Notes: generated by a model not told the origin, from the sequence alone. A DNA stretch of 32,000 bases from Hormoscilla sp. GUM202 (GCA_005518205.2 RFFC02000018.1:25598-57597), one strand, 5' to 3'; numbered from the stretch's first letter, positions 23,856-31,213 are shown. Program-made: numbers and translations.

Positions 23856-26303
23856 ATGCAAGTGGTTTCCCAAACAGCAGCTCACACCGCCAACCCCGCC
23901 CCACCACGAGAAACAATAACTCTGGATGTTGGGGGCATGAAATGTGCTGGTTGCGTGCAGGTAGTGGAAAAGCAGCTAACCCAATACCCAGGTGTGGTTT
24001 CCGCTTGTGTAAATCTGGTAACGGCTGTGGCAGCAGTGGAATGTGCAGCGGGTACAGTCGATCGCACGGCCCTGGCAGCGCAGTTGACAAAGGCGGGTTT
24101 TCCCACTCAGCCCCGTTCTCCCCACCAACACCGAACCCAGGATGACCAGCAACAGCGGGAATATATTCGGCAACAAATTAGAAATCTAGTAATTGCTGGC
24201 TTGCTAATCCTCCTATCGGGGATGGGTCATTTCTTTGGTCATGCCTCCGTTCTGAGTAATATCTGGTTTCACTGGGGACTGGCAACCTTGGCCTTGCTGC
24301 TGCCCGGACGTACTATATTAATAGATGGCTGGCGGGGACTCTGGCAAAATGCCCCCAATATGAATACCCTGGTGAGTTTGGGTACTCTATCTGCTTACAT
24401 GGCTAGCTGCATAGCCTTGCTATTCCCCCAACTCGGTTGGGAATGCTTCTTTGATGAACCGGTGATGCTGCTGGGTTTCATTCTTCTGGGACGTACCCTG
24501 GAACAACAGGCGAAAACTCAGGCAGCAGTTTCCTTAAAATCCTTGCTAGCACTCAGACCGAAAATGGCACATCTGATTCCTAGCGAAACTGATGAGATCC
24601 AAAAATCAGTAGACATTCCCGCTTTTGATGTGAAAGTAGGTGAGTATTTGCGGGTGTTGCCAGGAGAAAACATACCCTCCGATGGGTTAGTGGTGGCGGG
24701 AGAAACTGCGGTAGATGAATCAATGCTCACGGGAGAACCGGTCCCCGTAGGAAAAAAACCGGGAGATGCAGTGGCAGCGGGAACCATGAACCAGTCGGGA
24801 GTAATTGCCATGCGGGCCACCCGTACTGGCCAGGATACTACTGTGGCTCAGATTATCGCCCTGGTAGAAGAGGCGCAAACAAGAAAGGCCCCCGTGCAGC
24901 AGTTGGCAGATAGGGTAGCTGGATACTTTGCCTATGGGGTGATGGCATTGGCAGCACTGACTTTCGGGTTCTGGTATTTTGTGGGAACTCAGATCTGGCC
25001 TCATGTCTTGATGCCAACAATGGGACATCACCTGATTCATCAAACTCCCCTGTTGTTGAGCTTAAAGCTGGCGATCGCGGTTTTGGTGGTGGCCTGTCCC
25101 TGTGCTTTAGGACTGGCCACTCCGACGGCGATCCTGGTGGGCACCGGCATGGGGGCGCAGCGGGGCATTTTAATCAAGGGCGGTGATGTGCTGGAACTTG
25201 TCCATCAGCTGGATGTGGTGGTGTTCGATAAAACTGGTACTCTCACTACTGGAAGGCCTACTGTCACAGATTCTGTACCTATTGGGACAGGCCACTTCGA
25301 TGTCCCCCAGAGGAGTATGCTTTCGGTGTCCCCGGGGAGCGCCTTAAGCACGTTCCCAGGCTTCGCCGTGGGAACGAGGGGGGGGACACCGAATTCGCAC
25401 TACCCCAGAGACATCGATAGACAATCTCTGTTACAAATAGCAGCAGCGGTAGAAACAGGCAGCAATCATCCTTTGGCTCAGGCTATCACTCAAGCGGCGA
25501 TCGCCCAAGACTTGCCCATCCCAAGGGCCCAGGACTTTCGCACAGTACCGGGACTGGGAGTATCGGCCTGGGTGGATGGTCAATTGGTGCTTCTGGGAAC
25601 TAGAGAATGGTTGACAAAGCATGAGATTGATGTTAAAAAGGAGGAAGAAATAGCCCAAGGCTGGGCAGAGTTGGGTAAAACAATAGTATATGTAGCAGTA
25701 GAGGGTAGAATAGCGGGATTGATAGCAGTAAGGGACCAACCAAGGCCAGATGCCAAAACAACAATAGAAGAGTTGCGGCAGATGGGATTAAAGGTGAAAA
25801 TGCTCACAGGAGATAGACAAAAGACAGCAAACGCGATCGCCAGATCCATCGGAATAACATCGGACGAGGTAATAGCAGAAGTGCGGCCAGAAGAGAAGGC
25901 AGAGGCGATCGCCCGCTGGCAAGCAGAAGGGTTGCGGGTAGCAATGGTTGCCGACGGCATCAATGACGCCCCCGCATTGGCCTCTTCTGATGTGGGCATT
26001 GCCTTGCACAGCGGCTCGGATGTGGCCCAGGAAACAGCGGAGACGATCCTGATGCGCAATTGCCTCTGGGATGTGGTAGAAGCAATCCGCCTCGGACGTG
26101 CCACCTATAGCAAAATTCGCCAAAATCTATTTTGGGCCTTGGCCTACAACAGCTTAGGTATCCCCGTAGCTGCTGGCCTGTTACTGCCTGGGTTGGGCAT
26201 CGGACTCACGCCGGCTGCGGCGGGTGCGATGATGGCTTTCAGTTCCGTCAGCGTGGTGACCAACTCCCTGCTGTTGCGTCGATGTCCTTGGGGTAGTGCT
26301 TAA
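23856..26303 (+). CDS. copper-translocating P1B-type ATPase (CtaA/PacS-like) with an in-frame repeat insertion of about 43 aa and a repeat-derived C-terminus
   Basis: Motifs present are the HMA domain GMKCAGC, TM CPC (VACPCALGLATP), DKTGTLT, MLTGD and VADGINDAPAL. Residues GHFDVPQRSMLSVSPGSALSTFPGFAVGTRGGTPNSHYPRDID, between DKTGTLTTGRPTVTD and LLQIAAAVETGSNHPLA, are encoded by repeats 25290-25417. Confidence 0.9.
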   Translation: MQVVSQTAAHTANPAPPRETITLDVGGMKCAGCVQVVEKQLTQYPGVVSACVNLVTAVAAVECAAGTVDRTALAAQLTKAGFPTQPRSPHQHRTQDDQQQREYIRQQIRNLVIAGLLILLSGMGHFFGHASVLSNIWFHWGLATLALLLPGRTILIDGWRGLWQNAPNMNTLVSLGTLSAYMASCIALLFPQLGWECFFDEPVMLLGFILLGRTLEQQAKTQAAVSLKSLLALRPKMAHLIPSETDEIQKSVDIPAFDVKVGEYLRVLPGENIPSDGLVVAGETAVDESMLTGEPVPVGKKPGDAVAAGTMNQSGVIAMRATRTGQDTTVAQIIALVEEAQTRKAPVQQLADRVAGYFAYGVMALAALTFGFWYFVGTQIWPHVLMPTMGHHLIHQTPLLLSLKLAIAVLVVACPCALGLATPTAILVGTGMGAQRGILIKGGDVLELVHQLDVVVFDKTGTLTTGRPTVTDSVPIGTGHFDVPQRSMLSVSPGSALSTFPGFAVGTRGGTPNSHYPRDIDRQSLLQIAAAVETGSNHPLAQAITQAAIAQDLPIPRAQDFRTVPGLGVSAWVDGQLVLLGTREWLTKHEIDVKKEEEIAQGWAELGKTIVYVAVEGRIAGLIAVRDQPRPDAKTTIEELRQMGLKVKMLTGDRQKTANAIARSIGITSDEVIAEVRPEEKAEAIARWQAEGLRVAMVADGINDAPALASSDVGIALHSGSDVAQETAETILMRNCLWDVVEAIRLGRATYSKIRQNLFWALAYNSLGIPVAAGLLLPGLGIGLTPAAAGAMMAFSSVSVVTNSLLLRRCPWGSA
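25290..25417. repeat. composite hairpin micro-repeat cluster inside the ATPase gene
   Basis: GGCCACTTCGATGTCCCCCAGAGG... is followed by CGGTGTCCCCGGGG-AGCGCCTTAAGCAC-[GTTCCCAGGCTTCGCCGTGGGAAC]-GAGGGGGGGGACACCG, and then GAATTCGCACTA-CCCCAGAGACATCG. Confidence 0.85.
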
Positions 26304-26336
26304 GGCGCGTCCCCAGAGGGGGACATCGAAGTGGCC
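26281..26336. repeat. inverted copy of the loop unit plus GTCCC-CAGAG-GGGGACATCGAAGTGGCC module, spanning the ATPase stop codon
   Basis: GATGTCCTTGGGG-TAGTGCTTAAGGCGC-GTCCCCAGAGGGGGACATCGAAGTGGCC. TAGTGCTTAAGGCGC is the reverse complement of the loop variant seen at 25338-25351. The TAA stop (26301-26303) lies inside it. Confidence 0.8.
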
Positions 26337-26468
26337 GCAATGGGCTGGCTGACAGATCTCGATGGGAATGCTAAAATAGCAGTATGGGAAAAACAGCCAC
26401 TTTCGCGTTCGTGAGAGAGGATGTCGCCACTTTTGTTGACCTAGAACAATTCCTGAAACATCCTGACA

Positions 26469-26900
26469 ATGGCTTCATCAACACAGCAAACTCATAAACT
26501 GATTATTGAAGACGACAAAGGGAAGCGGGAATTTACGCTGTCATCCCCTGTATACTCAATTGGCAGAGATGCCCAATGTGATATTCGCTTGGTTTCTCAG
26601 TTTGTCTCCCGCAGACATGCTACCTTGGTACGGTTTCCCCATGAAAATGGAAGCTATTACTACCGGATAGTGGATGGCAATTTGAAAGGGAAAAGCAGTG
26701 CTAATGGCATCTTGATTAACAGTCGGAAACTGGTAACTCATGACCTGCAAAATTCCGATGAGATCGTATTTGGACCGCAGGTGCGTGCCATCTATTACTT
26801 ACTGGAGAAAGAATCAGTTGCTAGCAGCCCAGCGGATGAGTTCGATATCACTCTGATCAGTCCCAGCATGATGTCTGATGATAAACAGGCTGATTGCTAA
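26469..26900 (+). CDS. FHA-domain protein
   Basis: YSIGRDAQCDIRLVSQFVSRRHATLV ... SANGILINSRKL ... DEIVFG is a typical FHA core. Confidence 0.8.
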   Translation: MASSTQQTHKLIIEDDKGKREFTLSSPVYSIGRDAQCDIRLVSQFVSRRHATLVRFPHENGSYYYRIVDGNLKGKSSANGILINSRKLVTHDLQNSDEIVFGPQVRAIYYLLEKESVASSPADEFDITLISPSMMSDDKQADC

Positions 26901-26948
26901 CATACCATTAGCACTGCTCAAAATTCTCTCATTCAAAATTCAAAATGT

Positions 26949-26993
26949 ACAACTAACAACTGACAACTGATAACTGACAATTGACAACTGACA
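26949..26993. repeat. heptamer tandem repeat (STRR-like), about 6.4 units of ACAACTG
   Basis: ACAACTA ACAACTG ACAACTG ATAACTG ACAATTG ACAACTG ACA, lying between convergent genes. Confidence 0.85.
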
Positions 26994-27004
26994 TGCACCC
27001 AAAT

Positions 27005-27352
27005 CTATCCCGCCACAGTTTCAATCAGCTGCAAATGGTTGTCCTCGGCGATCGCCATAGTCAGGCGATCGAACATTTGCCGACAGTGGTTGTCCAGTTT
27101 CAGGGCCAGTTCGTCGTTTTTCATGACTAAATTAAATTTCAGTTCCGTTTCGGTAGCAGTGGTGCTGTCAATCAGAAATTCTACTTCCACTAGCTTGGTA
27201 AAGGAGACTTGACCAGGGAACTCACGACCCCTGATATAGTCGGCTTTGTTGTAGACAACCTCGAAGTTACAGGACTCCAGAATCTTACTCAAAGACTGCT
27301 GGAGATGATCGGCGGGAAGCGCAACAGTGAAAGAACAAGTGTACCGAGCCAT
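27005..27352 (-). CDS. hypothetical protein (115 aa)
   Basis: A clean ORF with an ATG start and normal composition; no motif recognised. Confidence 0.55.
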   Translation of the reverse strand: MARYTCSFTVALPADHLQQSLSKILESCNFEVVYNKADYIRGREFPGQVSFTKLVEVEFLIDSTTATETELKFNLVMKNDELALKLDNHCRQMFDRLTMAIAEDNHLQLIETVAG

Positions 27353-27442
27353 ATAAAATTCAAAGACCTCGACAGTGCGACTCTTTTATGATAACTATGG
27401 CCGCACCAAGACTCAACCGGAGAAATTACCATATAATTATAA

Positions 27443-28075
27443 ATGCAGGGAAAACTGATCGTCTTTGAGGGAACCGAAGGTAGTGGTAAGACAACTCAGA
27501 TCCATCTGCTGTACCAGTGGTTGCGCTGCTGGACCGATCGCGTTGCGGTCACCAGAGAACCTGGAGGTACGCCCTTAGGAGAGAAACTGCGCCAGATTTT
27601 GCTCGCCGACTCTGACCTAGGAGGGATGACAGAACTGTTGTTATATGCAGCGGACCGATATCTACATGTTGAAGAATTCATCAAGCCTCAGTTGGCGAAG
27701 GGGACGATCGTTTTGTGCGATCGCTTCACTGATTCGACTCTAGCCTATCAGGGTTATGGTCGCGGTCTGAGTCTGAGTAAAATCGAGCAACTCAATCAAA
27801 TGGCTAGCTTTGGTCTGCACAGCGATCTAACTTTGTGGTTAGATTTAGATGTGGAGGTGGGTCTTTTGAGGACGCGCCAACGGGGTAAAGCTGACCGGAT
27901 GGAGCAAGCTGATTTGGAGTTTCACCGCCGAGTATATCGGGGATTTGCTCAATTGGCAAAAGAACAAGATCGCATTATCCGAGTTGATGCTAGCGGTTCC
28001 CAGTCCCAAGTCCAAGCCCATATCCAAACCATTATAACAGAATACTTAACTAAATGGCAAATTATCGAAAATTAA
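27443..28075 (+). CDS. tmk: thymidylate kinase
   Basis: P-loop FEGTEGSGKTTQ, REPGGTPLGEKLR and CDRFTDSTLAYQGYGRGL; it lies directly upstream of holB, as in many bacteria. Confidence 0.9.
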   Translation: MQGKLIVFEGTEGSGKTTQIHLLYQWLRCWTDRVAVTREPGGTPLGEKLRQILLADSDLGGMTELLLYAADRYLHVEEFIKPQLAKGTIVLCDRFTDSTLAYQGYGRGLSLSKIEQLNQMASFGLHSDLTLWLDLDVEVGLLRTRQRGKADRMEQADLEFHRRVYRGFAQLAKEQDRIIRVDASGSQSQVQAHIQTIITEYLTKWQIIEN

Positions 28076-28114
28076 AAATTAAAAATTTACAAGAACAATT
28101 AGCAATGAAAAATT

Positions 28115-29137
28115 ATGTTTTTTGAGAGAGTGATCGGGCAAGAACAGGCGGTAAAATATTTAAGGGAGGCGATCGCCCGTCAGCGCCTGGCCCCAGCTTA
28201 TTTATTTGCGGGTCCCGATGGTGTGGGCAAGAGTATAGCAGTCAAGTGTTTTATCGAAGCCATGTTTTGCGATCGTGCTCCCAGTTCGGAGCATACCAAA
28301 ATCCAGAAACTTGTACGAGATGGCAATCATCCTGATGTATTGTGGGTGGAACCAACCTATCAGCATCAGGGTCAACTATTGTCTGCTCGAGAAGCTGCTG
28401 CTGCGGGGTTAAAACGGAAAGCGCCTCCCCAGATTAGAATTGAGCAAGTGCGAGAAATTGCCAGTTTTATCAGCCGATCGCCTCTAAAAGCACCGCGACA
28501 TGTGGTAGTAATAGAACAAGCTCCCACAATGGCAGAAGCTGCTGCTAATAGTTTACTCAAAACATTGGAAGAACCAGGAAGTGCTACCATCATTTTGCTA
28601 GCCTCGTCTGACTTATTGCCGACAATTCGATCGCGATGTGCTAGGATTCCTTTTTATCGGCTCCCTAAAGCACAAATGAGTCAAATATTGCGACAATTGG
28701 GTTATGAAGAGATCTTACAGCAAGACCAGATAATGGCAATGGCACAGGGGAGTCCTGGAGAGGCGATCGCCTGTTTTGCCCAACTCCAGGCTATACCAGC
28801 AGAACTGCTATCCCGACTGCGCCATCTTCCGGTCTCTCGTGGTGAGGTGTCTCCTGGGAGCGCTATTCGCACTACCCAGGAGACACCTCGCGCTACTCGC
28901 ACTACCCACGAGACACCGCCCAATACTCTCCGGGATGCTTTAGAATTGGCAAAGGAAATTAACCAAAACCTTGACACAGAAGCTCAACTCTGGTTAGTTG
29001 ATTATTTACAGCATAGCTACTGGCAACAGGACTGTCGATCGGATGTCCTGCAACAGCTAGAAACAGCTCGCAAATACCTGCTCAGTTATGCTCAACCCCG
29101 ACTTGTTTGGGAAGTGACTCTGCTGGCGATGTGTTAA
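28115..29137 (+). CDS. holB: DNA polymerase III delta-prime subunit with an in-frame nested repeat insertion
   Basis: AYLFAGPDGVGKS, LLKTLEEP and IRSRC motifs are present. Residues VSRGEVSPGSAIRTTQETPRATRTTHETP are encoded by repeats 28830-28918. Confidence 0.85.
   Translation: MFFERVIGQEQAVKYLREAIARQRLAPAYLFAGPDGVGKSIAVKCFIEAMFCDRAPSSEHTKIQKLVRDGNHPDVLWVEPTYQHQGQLLSAREAAAAGLKRKAPPQIRIEQVREIASFISRSPLKAPRHVVVIEQAPTMAEAAANSLLKTLEEPGSATIILLASSDLLPTIRSRCARIPFYRLPKAQMSQILRQLGYEEILQQDQIMAMAQGSPGEAIACFAQLQAIPAELLSRLRHLPVSRGEVSPGSAIRTTQETPRATRTTHETPPNTLRDALELAKEINQNLDTEAQLWLVDYLQHSYWQQDCRSDVLQQLETARKYLLSYAQPRLVWEVTLLAMC
28830..28918. repeat. two loop-type hairpin units, one nested in the other, inside holB
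   Basis: The outer unit is CGGTCTCTCGTGG ... CGCTACTCGCACTA-CCCACGAGACACCG. The inner unit is GAGGTGTCTCCTGGG-AGCGCTATTCGCACTA-CCCAGGAGACACCTC (28844-28889). Confidence 0.85.
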
Positions 29138-29144
29138 TTGAGAA

Positions 29145-29171
29145 CGTTCGTAGTAAGGACTTTAGTCCTTA
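29145..29171. repeat. CGTTCGTAGTAAGGACTTTAGTCCTTAC hairpin repeat
   Basis: The stem is GTAAGGACT/AGTCCTTAC. Further copies are at 30220-30247 and 30269-30296, and a partial copy (CGTTCGTAGTAAG) is at 14309-14321. Confidence 0.8.
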
Positions 29172-29211
29172 CCCGGGCCTTCGTATTAAGGACATTCCCC
29201 TGTTAGGAGAT

Positions 29212-29360
29212 CCCGATGTCTCTGCGATGTGGGTGTGGTCATGGAGAAGTTGCAGCGGGATCCGGCGACTGGGGTATCCCATGCTCGATCAACGGGTTTT
29301 GACCACGGGATGTGCTCTGCGCAGTGCGAATAGCGCGTCCCCTCTGGGGGACATCGAAGG
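29212..29360. repeat. intergenic cluster of hairpin micro-repeats
   Basis: It starts with CCCGATGTCTCTGCGATGTGGG and ends with AGTGCGAATAGCGC (inverted loop) followed by GTCCC-CTCTG-GGGGACATCGAAGG. Confidence 0.7.
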
Positions 29361-29619
29361 AGATAAGATTTTCAGCTATATAGTAGTTCTCTTTCTTAGT
29401 GTGATATGCTGTTGGGGAGATTGCTAGCCCTCCTGGCGTCGGGCCGCTGCGATGAAACGAAGTGCGCTACGCGCTACGGGGGGGTAACTCTATAAAAGCA
29501 TAAGTTACTCGCTAGTCTCCCCCCCCCTCGCAATGACAAATAGGCTATTGTGCTATACCACATCAATTTGAGAAATGCTATAATATGGTCAAGATGATAT
29601 CAAAAGAGTCTCAAATTTT

Positions 29620-30228
29620 ATGTCCTACAGTCAATTCACCCTAGAAAGCCTCAAGACAACTTTCGGAATCACCATTGTCGAAACTGCGGGCATTTTTGCC
29701 AATGTTCCAGAAGTTAAGTACAGTAATTACTTGACTGAAACGCTCCGGTATAATATACCTTTGGCCTTATCTATCGCTTCTGAGAAAGCCCGCTCTGAGA
29801 TGATCGTTACGCCAATTTTAATAGAAATTAGAAAGCTGTTATCGGAAGCTGTTAGCTTATTCTCCGGTAATAATTTTGAAGTAGATACAGAAAAAGGTTT
29901 GAGTGGATTTTGTGATTTTTTAATTAGCATGTCTCCCGAACAACTATTCATTGAAGCTCCCGTAGTTACGATAGTGGAAGCTAAGAATGATAAAATTGAA
30001 TCAGGATTAGCACAATGTATGGCAGAAATGATTGCTGCTCAATTGTTTAATCAGGGGAAAGAGAATAACATCAAGACAGTCTATGGAGTAGTCACAACTG
30101 GCAGTGTCTGGAAGTTTATGAAACTAGAAGAACAAGTAATTACCATTGACTTGCAGGAGTATTTTATCAATCAGGTGGGGAAAATAATCGGGATTATTAA
30201 AAGTGGTATCGAAGCAAATCGTTCGTAG
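29620..30228 (+). CDS. PD-(D/E)xK-like family protein (paralog of 5761-6357); last codons and stop supplied by a hairpin repeat
   Basis: 202 aa: MSYSQFTLESLKTTFGI...SEKARSEMIVTPILIEI...GFCDFLISMSPEQLFIEAPVVTIVEAKNDKIESGLAQCMAEMIAAQ...YGVVTTGSVWKF. The C-terminal ..EANRS-stop is read from ATCGAAGCAAATCGTTCGTAG, which is part of the duplicated block 30208-30297. Confidence 0.7.
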   Translation: MSYSQFTLESLKTTFGITIVETAGIFANVPEVKYSNYLTETLRYNIPLALSIASEKARSEMIVTPILIEIRKLLSEAVSLFSGNNFEVDTEKGLSGFCDFLISMSPEQLFIEAPVVTIVEAKNDKIESGLAQCMAEMIAAQLFNQGKENNIKTVYGVVTTGSVWKFMKLEEQVITIDLQEYFINQVGKIIGIIKSGIEANRS

Positions 30229-30297
30229 TAAGGACTTTAGTCCTTACCTTCCCGGCATCGAAGCAAATCGTTCGTAGTAAGGACTAAAGTCCTTACC
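30208..30297. repeat. tandem duplication of a 41-nt block ending in the GTAAGGAC hairpin, with inverted loop
   Basis: ATCGAAGCAAATCGTTCGTAGTAAGGACTTTAGTCCTTACC (30208-30248) and ATCGAAGCAAATCGTTCGTAGTAAGGACTAAAGTCCTTACC (30257-30297). They differ only in the loop, TTTA versus TAAA. Confidence 0.85.
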
Positions 30298-30696
30298 TCG
30301 GGATAATAAACTACCGCTCTTACCGAGGGCGATCGTCAATTGTCCTGAAACCGCCCCATCCTAATAGCTGTTGTCAAAAATTAATAGGCGATCAATCGCT
30401 TTTTATCTACTTTATCTGTTACTATATTCTTGGGGTTTCGAGTAGGAAAGAAAGGGATGATATTATGGAAATGAAGCTTGATAAACGATACTGCCCAATG
30501 ATAGATAAGCATTGACCAAGCAACCGTAATCTCGATATTTTGATTATCTATTATCGTTTCATCCAGACAGTATACAGTATATTTATGGAGAAAAAATCGC
30601 GCGATCGATCTATTTCTGGTCGAAAATTATATTTTTTTGCCAGCGATGTTTGCCAATTTATTCCCATTCCCTAAAGTCAAAAGACTCAACGAGGTA

Positions 30697-31099
30697 TTAT
30701 ATATAATTGATTCTGCTGCGCTTAGTACGGGGGATGGCGGAAATGTGCAGATTTGAACTAGACAACTGAGAATCCAAGGTGGTGGCATAATTCAAACTGC
30801 TACTTTGGGGGAGGGGAATGCCGGTAATGTAACTATTAACTCGTCAGAATTAATTGAAGTGGACAGTGCCGTTCCTGAAGCAAATCAGCGGTTGGCAAAT
30901 ATAATTTCTGCTAACGCTCCTAATTCTACTGGTAATGCTGGAAATATAAGGATTACTACGGAATAATTGATTGTCAAGAATGGCGCATACATATTTAGTT
31001 CAGCTTTTAGCTCTGGTAGAGGTGGTAATATAACGGTAAATGCCTCGGAATTGATTCTCGAGAATGGCGCAAGTATATTTAGTTCAACTTTTAGCTCCG
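30697..31099 (+). pseudogene. fragment of a filamentous-hemagglutinin-like beta-helix repeat protein with in-frame stops
   Basis: One frame reads IIDSAALSTGDGGNVQI*TRQLRIQGGGIIQTATLGEGNAGNVTINSSELIEV...[58 protein letters not shown]. There is a TGA at about 30754 and a TAA at about 30964, no start, and truncation at about 31099. Confidence 0.6.
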
Positions 31100-31213
31100 A
31101 TACAACACTGCTTCAACAAACAGTCGATTATTTTTGGCCGTTCGGACTACATGGCCGTCTCTCCCCGGTAGGAAATCCTTGATTTTTTCCCACTGGTTAT
31201 CGAAGAAGTGCAT
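31091..31213 (-). pseudogene. IS5-family transposase N-terminal fragment (about 40 codons)
   Basis: [39 protein letters not shown] matches the conserved N-terminus of IS5/IS1031-group OrfA-type transposases. It breaks off where the hemagglutinin-like fragment begins. Confidence 0.6.

Noticed and set aside
25290-25417. The in-frame insertions in the ATPase, holB and other genes might be mini-inteins or introns.
   Set aside because: They are far too short (16-45 aa) and lack intein splice-junction residues or blocks. They show no group I/II intron structure and are demonstrably copies of dispersed DNA repeats. Removal at the RNA level cannot be formally excluded without transcript data.
24518-26123. 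Antisense ORFs inside the ATPase gene (24518-24820, 24720-25043, 25431-25739, 25580-26104, 25788-26123), plus 23848-24176.
   Set aside because: They lie opposite a strongly supported, motif-rich CDS and are typical shadow ORFs.
29107-29427. ORF 29107-29427 (+), 106 aa, downstream of holB.
   Set aside because: It is composed of the GTAAGGAC hairpin and the 29212-29360 repeat cluster, and it overlaps the holB stop.
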